Sequence record: OR805292.1
DNA length: 64,000 nucleotides
Direction: 5' to 3' (one strand)
Part shown: positions 34,492 through 43,952 of the stretch, piece after piece
How the letters are laid out: each line of letters opens with the position of its first letter
Position numbering within the stretch: position 1 is the first letter of the stretch
Program-made: the position numbers and the translations under genes
The notes under the pieces: generated by a model
What the model was told of the DNA's origin: nothing
The model's database searches: none
The model's input: the letters and a program-made list of their open reading frames with translations, nothing else

Positions 34492-34761
34492 ATGGATCTG
34501 ATACTATTTCTTCAACATAATACTGTAGAGATGGACTATAGTGAATGGTACGTTCGTCTTAACAACAAGAATGAAAAGCATATAGCTATGATTACAGGTA
34601 ACGGTCTTAGACTGTATTATAGAAATATCAATTGCTTACTTGGTATTCTTCATTTACAATACTGTAATTATAAATTTTTCATGCATACGGACAATTATAT
34701 TTCTTTTACTTTTGCTAATAATAATAGGTTTGTACATGAAATACATGTTGATTTGAAATAA
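34492..34761 (+). CDS. LQ two-repeat family member
   Basis: MDLILFLQHNTVEM ... LGILHLQYCNYKF. Confidence 0.7.
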   Translation: MDLILFLQHNTVEMDYSEWYVRLNNKNEKHIAMITGNGLRLYYRNINCLLGILHLQYCNYKFFMHTDNYISFTFANNNRFVHEIHVDLK

Positions 34762-34764
34762 TAT

Positions 34765-35070
34765 ATGGATTTCATACTATTACTTCAATCTCATTGCAAT
34801 GAGATTGTATATACCAATCAAATCATTGATATGCTTAATGCGCATAATAGGCAGTTCGTATATGGAATTACGTTGCCTATGGGAAGAAAACATGTGTCAT
34901 ATAATGTATATTGTTTGTATAATAATTTATGTGATGAGATAGGATTATTGCATATGCAATCTGTTCTATCATTAATAGAAGTTAAACATTTAAAATCATT
35001 TTCTGGTAAAACAGATACCATTGTTAATATGGTGTTTGTTAACGGTTATCTTCAACATGCTATATACTAA
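34765..35070 (+). CDS. LQ two-repeat family member
   Basis: MDFILLLQSHCNEI ... IGLLHMQSVLSLI. Confidence 0.7.
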   Translation: MDFILLLQSHCNEIVYTNQIIDMLNAHNRQFVYGITLPMGRKHVSYNVYCLYNNLCDEIGLLHMQSVLSLIEVKHLKSFSGKTDTIVNMVFVNGYLQHAIY

Positions 35071-35086
35071 TAGTTGTGTCTAATAT

Positions 35087-35371
35087 ATGGACTTAATATT
35101 ATTATTTCAGTCTCGTTGTTGTAAGATTTGGTATTCAGATTATATTATAGATATGATCGACTATAGTGATTATACTATAGTATCGTTATTACGCCCGCCG
35201 AATGGGCGTATGTATGCCTATTGTTCGTGTAATAATATAAACAACGAAATTAGTATAATGCATTTGCAGAATAGCATACATTCATTACAAATAAGTTATA
35301 GTACCCGTTCTATAATGTGTCGTATGACTAATGTGTATGAAGATCTAATTCAATATATTTGTATACTTTAG
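35087..35371 (+). CDS. LQ two-repeat family member
   Basis: MDLILLFQSRCCKI ... ISIMHLQNSIHSL. Confidence 0.7.
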   Translation: MDLILLFQSRCCKIWYSDYIIDMIDYSDYTIVSLLRPPNGRMYAYCSCNNINNEISIMHLQNSIHSLQISYSTRSIMCRMTNVYEDLIQYICIL

Positions 35372-35373
35372 TA

Positions 35374-35649
35374 ATGTATTTTATCTTGTTTATACAGAAA
35401 TTGTGTTGTTCGATTAGAAGGGCTTCGCACGGATTTGATATTTTTAATACAAATGAAGTAGCATATTCATTAATAGATCATAATGGTTTCAGTATGAAAC
35501 ATTTCGTTTCATACTCTGTTATAAATGATGTAATAGGAATTATACATCTACAAGTGCATACAAATAAGTTTTATTTTCTTCATGAAAAACATCAAATGGA
35601 TATGATTTGTTTTCTAGATAGTAAAGGCGGTCATTTTTTTAGTTTATAG
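35374..35649 (+). CDS. LQ two-repeat family member
   Basis: MYFILFIQKLCCSI ... IGIIHLQVHTNKF. Confidence 0.7.
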   Translation: MYFILFIQKLCCSIRRASHGFDIFNTNEVAYSLIDHNGFSMKHFVSYSVINDVIGIIHLQVHTNKFYFLHEKHQMDMICFLDSKGGHFFSL

Positions 35650-35661
35650 AGGACGGAATTT

Positions 35662-35925
35662 GTGCTATTAATATTAATGCTTCAATGTAATACCGAATGG
35701 ATTCTTTATACTGATTGTGAAATTCGACTTGTTCTGCCAGATTATAATACGTTATATCGTTTTCTAATTCAGAAACAGAAAATTAATGGGTATCTAAATT
35801 GCCATGCTAGTAATGACATTGTAGGTATGTTTTATTTACAGTACAATTGCGATACTATATCATTTGCTAGATTTGATGAATTTATGATACTAAACCACAA
35901 TGGCATAATAATTTTTGGCTGGTGA
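35662..35925 (+). CDS. LQ two-repeat family member
   Basis: MLLILMLQCNTEWI ... VGMFYLQYNCDTI. Confidence 0.7.
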   Translation: MLLILMLQCNTEWILYTDCEIRLVLPDYNTLYRFLIQKQKINGYLNCHASNDIVGMFYLQYNCDTISFARFDEFMILNHNGIIIFGW

Positions 35926-36224
35926 CTAGCATGGATATTATATTAATCCTTAGCAGTGAAGTTATAAGAATACAAGGTTGTTTTTATGATATAGAAACTT
36001 TACAAATAAGGTTCTTCAATAAATACGACTCAATATATTTTTGTAATAAAATGGGAGGATTTGTTAACTATAAAACATTTCCTAATGAACTACTAAGTAT
36101 AATTCATTTGCAGCAGAACACACACAGGTTTGTAACACACGGTAAATGTATATTTTTTGATAGTGTGGATTTTATTTCTATTCACTGGGAGACTTTGTTT
36201 GACACAGAAGAATACGTATATTGA
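35922..36224 (+). CDS. LQ two-repeat family member
   Basis: MDIILILSSEVIRI ... LSIIHLQQNTHRF. Confidence 0.7.
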   Translation: MTSMDIILILSSEVIRIQGCFYDIETLQIRFFNKYDSIYFCNKMGGFVNYKTFPNELLSIIHLQQNTHRFVTHGKCIFFDSVDFISIHWETLFDTEEYVY

Positions 36225-36465
36225 TATGAATTATATATTACTAATTAGTAACCAGTCTAAATATATTTCGCTGAAGGCGCTTGGATTAACTGTAAAAACA
36301 CGTGATTCAAGGTTAACTCATTATATTATATTTTAAATATGAACGAAGAATATGATATATTGTATTTGTCTATCAATACTATGCAAATAACATTTCATTT
36401 TTCAGTATATTGTTTTTATGATAAAACTCGTAGTATTATATATTGTCAATAAGACAGAAATATAA

Positions 36466-36780
36466 ATGGATTTAATATTAACACTTCAACATAAAACTGT
36501 GCTAATATCGAAGTTTGGTGCATTATTTGTATTTCAAAATATAAACAGTGATACTATATTTTGTTTGGATATAGGTAGACATGTATATTATTTTGAAATA
36601 ATATTCAGGTTATATAATAATAAGAATGGCATGGTGTATTTGCAACATGCCATTAATTCTATTAAGTTTACCTTTAGTTTACAATATCATACAATTCGTG
36701 GATATTCTAGTATACCATCTATATATATGTATGATAAAAAATATGCTATTGTACACGTACCATATGTTAGGAATACTTAA
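36466..36780 (+). CDS. LQ two-repeat family member
   Basis: MDLILTLQHKTVLI ... GMVYLQHAINSI. Confidence 0.7.
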   Translation: MDLILTLQHKTVLISKFGALFVFQNINSDTIFCLDIGRHVYYFEIIFRLYNNKNGMVYLQHAINSIKFTFSLQYHTIRGYSSIPSIYMYDKKYAIVHVPYVRNT

Positions 36781-37076
36781 TGGATCTTATATTATACATT
36801 CAGTACAGTGCTCATAGAATAGAAACTGTTTATAAATCATATCTATTATATAATAAACATTCGCTTTATTACAGACTGTCTGTATATAAGAGATTATTGA
36901 TACCATCAGGTAGTAAATCATATGCAAGGGCTTCGGCTGAATATTCTGCTATTGCTGACAGAATAGGAATGATACACCTACAATCGAAAACACACGTAAT
37001 ATTATTTGTTATAGACAGTATGTGCATTCACGACAAATCGTATCAAACACTCCATTATATTATATCAAGGTCATAA
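36780..37076 (+). CDS. LQ two-repeat family member
   Basis: MDLILYIQYSAHRI ... IGMIHLQSKTHVI. Confidence 0.7.
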   Translation: MDLILYIQYSAHRIETVYKSYLLYNKHSLYYRLSVYKRLLIPSGSKSYARASAEYSAIADRIGMIHLQSKTHVILFVIDSMCIHDKSYQTLHYIISRS

Positions 37077-37231
37077 TGTCCATAAGTTTTATATTGAAAA
37101 TTCAACGATATACTTCTATTATAGAAATAGTTTCATATAGTAATATAAGATTTTGTAGTTTTCGTCAGTATCCTTTTTATAATGTAACAAATGTAATATA
37201 TGAAATAATTCCACCATGCAGCAAATGTTGA
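37076..37231 (+). CDS. LQ family member, short or truncated
   Basis: MSISFILKIQRYTSII; only the first repeat precedes the stop. Confidence 0.5.
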   Translation: MSISFILKIQRYTSIIEIVSYSNIRFCSFRQYPFYNVTNVIYEIIPPCSKC

Positions 37232-40200
37232 TACGACTACAATCAAATCTACACATTATCTGTTTTGATTCTATTTATAATAGTATAGTGTTTTGTGATA
37301 AAGACGGCGACGAAATACATTGCTGCTTATGGTAGCGTGTTTGCATTTAACGCAAAAACATGTTATACAGTATTGTTTGTTGAGTATTTTGACATTGTTG
37401 TTTCTAAAAATCTTTTATATAAAGGATTAATATGCATAATATATTTAAATTATCATATTGTACAAATATGTTTAAATTTAAAATATTATGGGATCAAAAA
37501 GTATACCTATGCTCGTTTATGTCATTGCGGTATACTACCCTATATATTTCTGCAGGTCGTATCAGATAAATGGTAACAAATATATTAGAATTAATGTATG
37601 TATGTCACCATACATATAATATAACAACTAACGGCTACTATAACATTATCTTCTTAAACAAAGATAATAATATTATATTTGTTTTGTATTAAAACAAATG
37701 GGAATATTTCTCTTATCACGCAATACTTGCTACATTTGTGTTATACATGTCAGACGTATTGTATACAAGATTAAAATGTATGACAGACATGGCAATTATG
37801 TGCTTACAATTAATGTTATCTAAGAACATATCAAATTATATAGAATTTTGTTGTATGTAATACTGTTTAATAATGGCATTAGATATTGATAAAATAACAT
37901 ACATTTCATTTAACTCATGCTATATATCAGTTAATTGTTTTAGTGTTATTATATATTATGAGTACGGTAGATTAATTTTATATGATGATACCCCCGGGCT
38001 TATATAAGAACGTATTCTACATACAGTATAATGTGCGTCATATCAGCATATATTATTTTGATGCATGCGAATGTAATATATTACAGGTAGAATGCAATAA
38101 TTTTCTTACTCTAACATATAAATTAAATGAAAAAACCAATAAGTAATATAGTTGAATTATCACTTAATACGCACCGGTTTAATACCAATTATGTAACTAG
38201 TGCTCATTGTTTAGTATTTTATAATGCGTCGTCATATCCTATACATTATGTTCGTTTACACACAAACAAGCGTTAACACTTATGTCGCCGGTATCAATTC
38301 ATAATATAGTTTGTATTCAACACTATCTTAATAGATGGTATACTAGAATATCCCCAACAGGTATTAATGTGTATTCAGATTCATATGTTAGAATTAGAAT
38401 AAATGTTCATAAATAAAAATATTATAAATCACGATATACATTATGATATGTTGCAGGTATCCTCATGCGCACATAGAATAGATTCATCGCTATGTAGCAC
38501 GTATCTATTAGCATGCATTTATAATAGTAATGAAAAAATTATTATAATTAGTGTTGCATATCTAAGATGAATGGTATAAAAGATATAATAGAATTTTCAT
38601 CGAATACATACGAAATATGTGCCAATACAGCAAGACTTAGAGATATAGTATACTACTCGATACTCATGAAGACAAAAGACGGTCTTGCATTTTATATGGT
38701 AGACTCATTTGCATATATAACATGACCAGTATCATTGAATGTTCTTACAATACTTCTAATATTGTGTTTCGTTTTTGTAAAAACAGTGACATTTTAGTTG
38801 TGAACTTTCTAAACAAAAATGATGACATACATTTCATTGTAATAATTAGATACAAATATACATATCGTTAATTACTAATACATAGGAGAGTAATAAATGA
38901 ATAGAGCAGCAAAGAAAAATGTTTCTATATTTGTTATTCAGAATCATACTTTTAGAGTTCATGTTGTACGATATGATCCTGCGAGAATTTCAATATATCT
39001 CTCACTTGTACATAATTGTGTTGCATCTTAAGAACTATATCTGTATAATGCAGGTTACATTTGCATGTATAGGGTTATCTTTCATATAATACATGCTTAT
39101 TAACTATACGACATGTATTGAATTACTTTATAGTATTGTATGATTCGTAAAAATATAGTTCTAATATCACATAACACGTCAAAAATAATATTAGAAAGAA
39201 GAACAAGTAAAGTATTACGTGTTTCTATGTTTAAATCAATTGGAAAATACTACTACCATTATTATACGGCGTGTGGAAATATATAATGCAAGATCATCAT
39301 TTCACTACACTGTTGTATATGTCTAATCGTGCAGATAGAATAAAGATTTTTCGACAGCCTTCCTGTCTTATTGTATATATTAAGTCAGGTATGTTATATA
39401 TTAATAAACAATTCTTAAAATGTTAGAATATATAGATACTCTCAAATATAATTACATTTTAACTGTATGCAGCGGTGTAGAGTCCATATCATTTGAATCA
39501 TTTACTAGATCAGTGATATCAGTTTCCATAATATATAATAATATTACTATCTTTCCGTGTCAAACTACACGAACTATACTGTATGGTGTATGATCTTATT
39601 TTTATTTCTTGTAATGCTTCTTTAATTAGTTTTTCTATTTTTAATAAAACATTTGAAGTTTATATTTATGGAAAAATGTTAGTGGTAATTTATTGTACAG
39701 GACTACATATATGTTAGATATATTGTTACGGTTCCAACGCAGAGTGGATACAATTAAGGTGGAGTTAATATGGCGTCACTTGCATTTTTATGAAAAAGCC
39801 GGCGAGGAGTTAGAGTTATTTCATATTATATTTCTGCCGCCCGATCACCGAAGTATTAATTAATAAAATTCTATAACAAAAACAAGTTGTATTTTTCGGC
39901 ATAAAAATTTATGAATAAAGATACAAACAAAGAATCACCTATTATTAAAGAATTATATTTTGTAAAATAAAATACTTTTAGAATCTAAAACTAAAATGAT
40001 CGATTGGGTATTTAAATTGTCTGCTAGTTGCTACAAAATAGACAGACAACATAGTGATTCAATAGAAATATATAATTCATATTGTCTTTTAGGAACTATA
40101 CAATATTATTGTGCTCAGTTGAAAATAAATTTATATAAATTTTAATAGTGTGGGAAGAATTCTTTTGAATAGGAATACTATATGAATGATCTATTACAAT

Positions 40201-41189
40201 ACCAACTCACACTATGTTCCATATCTTTACAGAAAGCTCGTTTTAAGTCAGGCAATGTGTATTACATTCTAATTGAACGTAACGACAGCGGTAGGTATTC
40301 CCGAGATATAAAAATACTTAAATGATATGCGTATATTTGTAATATCACAAAATTGTATGACTATTAGACTTTTTTATCATACATATTTCATTAAAGATGT
40401 AAATTATGATTCAATTTGTATATTATATAAAACGAATAGCAGAATTGTAATACATCCGAGTTTTACAGTAGATGAATATATTCGATCTGTCTTATAATTC
40501 TTCATTTATTTTGATGAAATCGAATAGATTATACATTAGTAATTATAATTATTCTGTAGGGGCTACATATGTATTACCTGCAATAACAAAATATATACAT
40601 CAAACATTCTATGTAAAAGCTGCAATATATAGATTTTTAGATACAGGCATACTAGTATGAAATTCAATATATTTAAATTGCAAAGAGGATGTCATATTAT
40701 AGATTGTTATTTTTATGATATTCTTAGATTTTCAAAACCTACATATTTTCGAGATGCTGATAGAATAACTATATTTTCATTAATAGGTACTAATAGTATC
40801 AGAATTTATGAGGATATGTATAAAGGATATGCACAAACCATATGATTGAAATATTAATATTTTCGAGTGCCAGTGATTATATTAGTATAAGACATGATAT
40901 GGCACGGCTATATAATCTTAATGGTATTAGTGAATTAATATTTGTATCAAAACCATACAAATATATTATATTAACTAATTTAAAAAATCATATAGGTATA
41001 TTCTGTATTTCAAATATAATAAGTGAAAGGGTGATGGGAGATATTACTAGTAATGAATGTTGGGCTTATCCTTGGCCTCCAGAGACTGGCATAGATGTAT
41101 ATATTGATTTCCTGTATAAAAATGATGAGCTTTCTACTAAACACACAATATAACCATAGACAAATAAGTGCATTATGCTAATATATACA

Positions 41190-41590
41190 TGCTTACTAAA
41201 CAGTTACTTGTTAAGTAAGTTAAAAAGTCTGTAACAGTGATGTTACAGGATACACAGGCAAATACGGTTGGAAGATGCTGTGTAAAGAACAAATGTCCGG
41301 CTCATTCCTAGGCATTATAGCCTACACATTATATTTGAATGGGCATAAAAACTTCCAAAGAACCTTCGAAATTTTCTCATAGGATAGTGTATTAGAAGGA
41401 ATGCACTATCAGGAAGCTGTAGGTGATGGTTGCTATCCCAGACAGTCCTTTCTAAAATACTTTAATATGACATAAAGTTCTATGCAACCGTATACATGCT
41501 GTAAGATATTAGATTACACCATGTATTAAACGTAAAAGCAAAACCTTCGGTTAGTAATCTCGCAGTGAAGGGGGTAGGTGAGTGCTACCC
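41190..41590 (+). ncRNA. Candidate structured RNA or long structured 5' leader
   Basis: ORF-free; CTGTAACA-gtga-TGTTACAG (GNRA loop), AACC-ttcg-GTT, GATAGTGTATT/AATGCACTATC, long-range TACGGTTG/CAACCGTA. Confidence 0.55.
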
Positions 41591-41633
41591 AAACTCAACA
41601 AACAACTAATGGTCTAGAAAAGGTATAGTATAC

Positions 41634-42041
41634 ATGCAACATACTCACATTCGTTTCTACAACGAAGAAACTCAACAGATCGATAACCGCCGTGGCGCTA
41701 CTGTAGCCTGGGAAACCAACGGCAACAAGATCCGTATTTCCGTAGCAGCATGTTCGGAAATGGATAACTTCAACCGCAAGACCGGACGTGAACATGCTGC
41801 TAGCCGACTCGAAAGTGGCGACTACATCGAGTTTAACGGCACCGAACTTCTTAATGCACAGATGTCTTCTGTAAGTCATGTGCAGTCTGAAGGTCTCGTT
41901 CGTGCTATGTGCTTCTTGCTAGCACAAGGCAAAGGCGATCTATATTACCCGGCAAGCGAAGGTCAGCTTCGCAGCGAAGCCGAGTGCAATAGCTACAACG
42001 CCCTCGAGTACCTGAAACACCAGATGGGCATTCATCAGTAA
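41634..42041 (+). CDS. Phage hypothetical protein with GC-rich codons
   Basis: ISVAACSEMDNFNRKTGREHAASRL resembles the common phage A-x-CS-x-x-D-x-F-x-R/K-x-x-GR motif; function unknown. Confidence 0.8.
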   Translation: MQHTHIRFYNEETQQIDNRRGATVAWETNGNKIRISVAACSEMDNFNRKTGREHAASRLESGDYIEFNGTELLNAQMSSVSHVQSEGLVRAMCFLLAQGKGDLYYPASEGQLRSEAECNSYNALEYLKHQMGIHQ

Positions 42042-42054
42042 GTATTCGGCCATT

Positions 42055-42097
42055 CGGAATTGCGATTTAGAATTCCAAAACCTAAATCGCAATTCCG
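42055..42097. repeat. Perfect 16-bp inverted repeat
   Basis: CGGAATTGCGATTTAG-N11-CTAAATCGCAATTCCG. Confidence 0.9.
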
Positions 42098-42282
42098 GTT
42101 TCCAAATTCAATTTTAGGCACAAACTCGGATCCGCATTTGCATTTTGCATTTACATTTTGTGTTCTGAGTGTATATGCAAAATGCAATCGCGCATGTTGT
42201 CGATGCATTGGCTAATCTTTTATTTTTGATAGTTTAGAAAAGATTAAGAACAGAAACTATCTGTAAATTAATAAAAATAACA

Positions 42283-42596
42283 TTTACATTACATACACAT
42301 ATGCATATACTATATACAAGTTATGCGCTGTTGCATACGTAAATACCTCCTATGTTGTTTAGATATGTCGATTCTGGTATAACCAGATAGACCTAAGGAT
42401 GATGCTAGTGATTCCTTAGTATTGTATATTCTAGCTGAGTATAAAGAGTAAGGGGCTTTATACAAATAACAATTCCTTAGGCAAGATATACCGCTCCGTT
42501 GTGCTGACGAGCATAATTTGCCCAGATACAGAGCACGTGACTGGTCTGAGGAGCATTTATATCAGAAAGGCAGACTTATGTTTGCCTTTCTTTTTG
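42283..42596 (+). ncRNA. Candidate ~280-nt sRNA including its promoter and terminator
   Basis: TTTACA-17-TATACT (42283-42311), internal hairpins, AGAAAGGCAGAC-ttat-GTTTGCCTTTCT plus T-run; no ORF inside. Confidence 0.55.
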
Positions 42597-42606
42597 AGCA
42601 GATATT

Positions 42607-42705
42607 CTCTTATTCACTTTCTTATTCACTTCTATTTCGTTTATCATTTCCTTATTCATCTCTATTTCATTTATCATTTCCTTATTCATCTCTATTTCAT
42701 TTATT
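42607..42705 (+). repeat. Pyrimidine-rich tandem repeat
   Basis: About 2.5 copies of a 30-mer TCTATTTC(A/G)TTTATCATTTCCTTATTCATC plus CTTATTCACT x2. Confidence 0.88.
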
Positions 42706-42708
42706 ATT

Positions 42709-42826
42709 GCAAATAAGACTAATTCTTATTTGCGTTTGTAATTTCATTTATTATTGCAAATAAGACTAATTCTTATTTGCGTTTGCAACGAAAAAGAATA
42801 TGCAAATAATAACTAATCTTATTTGC
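42709..42826. promoter_or_regulatory. Cluster of three 25-bp GCAAAT-N13-ATTTGC palindromes (Fur-box-like)
   Basis: 42709-42733 and 42756-42780 identical (GCAAATAAGACTAATTCTTATTTGC); 42802-42826 is a variant. Confidence 0.8.
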
Positions 42827-42998
42827 ATTTGCACTGCCTAGTATATGGATTGGTAGCATACTTGGAAATGGATAGTAAATAAGTAGTTGATTTGTTTATA
42901 AATTTTAATTCTACATCGTACTGATTGACCTTGCTATATATAGCTCGCGCGCGTATACAAGATGGTAAAAAATAATTTAAAAATATTTTAAAAAATGC

Positions 42999-43122
42999 TT
43001 GACTTTCCATTACTACGACCTTAAAGTGCGAACTGTAGACGCAGTGTGTAGAGCGCTACATAGTAAGCAACGCAGAAAGTAAACAAAAAATGCTTGACGC
43101 AACGCAAACTAGGCTCTACACT
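42999..43122 (+). promoter_or_regulatory. Tandem sigma70 promoters with A-tract UP elements
   Basis: AAAAAATGC-TTGACT-17-TAAAGT and AAAAAATGC-TTGACG-17-TACACT. Confidence 0.8.
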
Positions 43123-43205
43123 GTATACAAGCTTAAGGGGTAAGTGCCCCGAAAGTGTAGTAAGTAAACAACATAATCCTTCCATCAGCTACAGAGGTAT
43201 ACAAC

Positions 43206-43910
43206 ATGTCCGTACATATCACTCGTCAACGTACCGACAAACAGCACGTCCTGGCACTGGCAATCAACGGCGTGGTCATCGGCCAGACTATGGCTACCTA
43301 CACCACCCCGAGCAAGCGCACCTGGTCAGCGACCGCCGAAGTCGAACTGGCAGACGGCACCGTCGTACAGTTCGAGCAGAAAGAAGTGTTCAGCGCGATC
43401 CGCATCACCCGCGAGATCGAGCAGGCGCTCGACGGCAAGGAACTGGCGGCCAAGTACACCCCGGAACCGAAAGTTCCCGGGCAGAAGGGTCCGAAACCGC
43501 TCACCGACGAAAGCCGACTCAGCAACGCGATCGCGATCGTCAAGGCGGCCATCACCCACACCGGCTTCGACGAAGCTACCCTGGTGTTCGACGGGGTCGA
43601 CAAGGCCAACTTCGAGCAGAACAGCACTTCCGTCGGCAACAAGCTGCGTCGCCTGGGCTTCGTCTTCGAACTCGGCGCCGGCAAGGCGAACAGCGGCAAG
43701 GGCTTCCTGATCAACCGCAAAGCGCAGGCCGAGGCAGAAGCTGCCGAACGCAAGGCCAAGCGCGACGCCGAGAAGAAGGAGCGCGAAGAAAAAGCGGCGG
43801 CTGCCAAGCGCGAAGCTGACGAACGCAAGGCCAAGCGCGACGCCGAACGCGCCGAAAAGGTCGCTGAAAAGAACGCAGCGATCGCCGGGGCGGCGCAGGA
43901 AAGCAAGTAA
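43206..43910 (+). CDS. GC-codon protein with charged Ala/Lys/Glu-rich tail, possible DNA-binding protein; paralogue of 61898-62380
   Basis: GAGGT SD; shared N-domain (NGVVIGQ...VFSAIRI); duplicated ERKAKRDAE. Confidence 0.85.
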   Translation: MSVHITRQRTDKQHVLALAINGVVIGQTMATYTTPSKRTWSATAEVELADGTVVQFEQKEVFSAIRITREIEQALDGKELAAKYTPEPKVPGQKGPKPLTDESRLSNAIAIVKAAITHTGFDEATLVFDGVDKANFEQNSTSVGNKLRRLGFVFELGAGKANSGKGFLINRKAQAEAEAAERKAKRDAEKKEREEKAAAAKREADERKAKRDAERAEKVAEKNAAIAGAAQESK

Positions 43911-43925
43911 TTGCCCAACTGCGCC

Positions 43926-43952
43926 GAAAGGGGAGCAAATTGCTCCCCTTTC
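43926..43952 (+). terminator. GAAAGGGG-type terminator
   Basis: GAAAGGGGAGCAA-a-TTGCTCCCCTTTC. Confidence 0.88.

Noticed and set aside
28624-37231. Diversity-generating retroelement behind the LQ family
   Set aside because: No reverse transcriptase and no near-identical TR/VR pair differing at adenines in this window.
37576-40472. Stop-codon reassignment explaining the ORF-poor region
   Set aside because: TAA, TAG and TGA all end well-supported genes, long enzymes are intact in the standard code, and no suppressor tRNA is in the window.
42500-42596. Hammerhead ribozyme (CTGACGAG or CTGAGGAG ... GAAA)
   Set aside because: No stem II closes between CUGANGA and GAAA, and stem I cannot form; the hairpin is better explained as a terminator.
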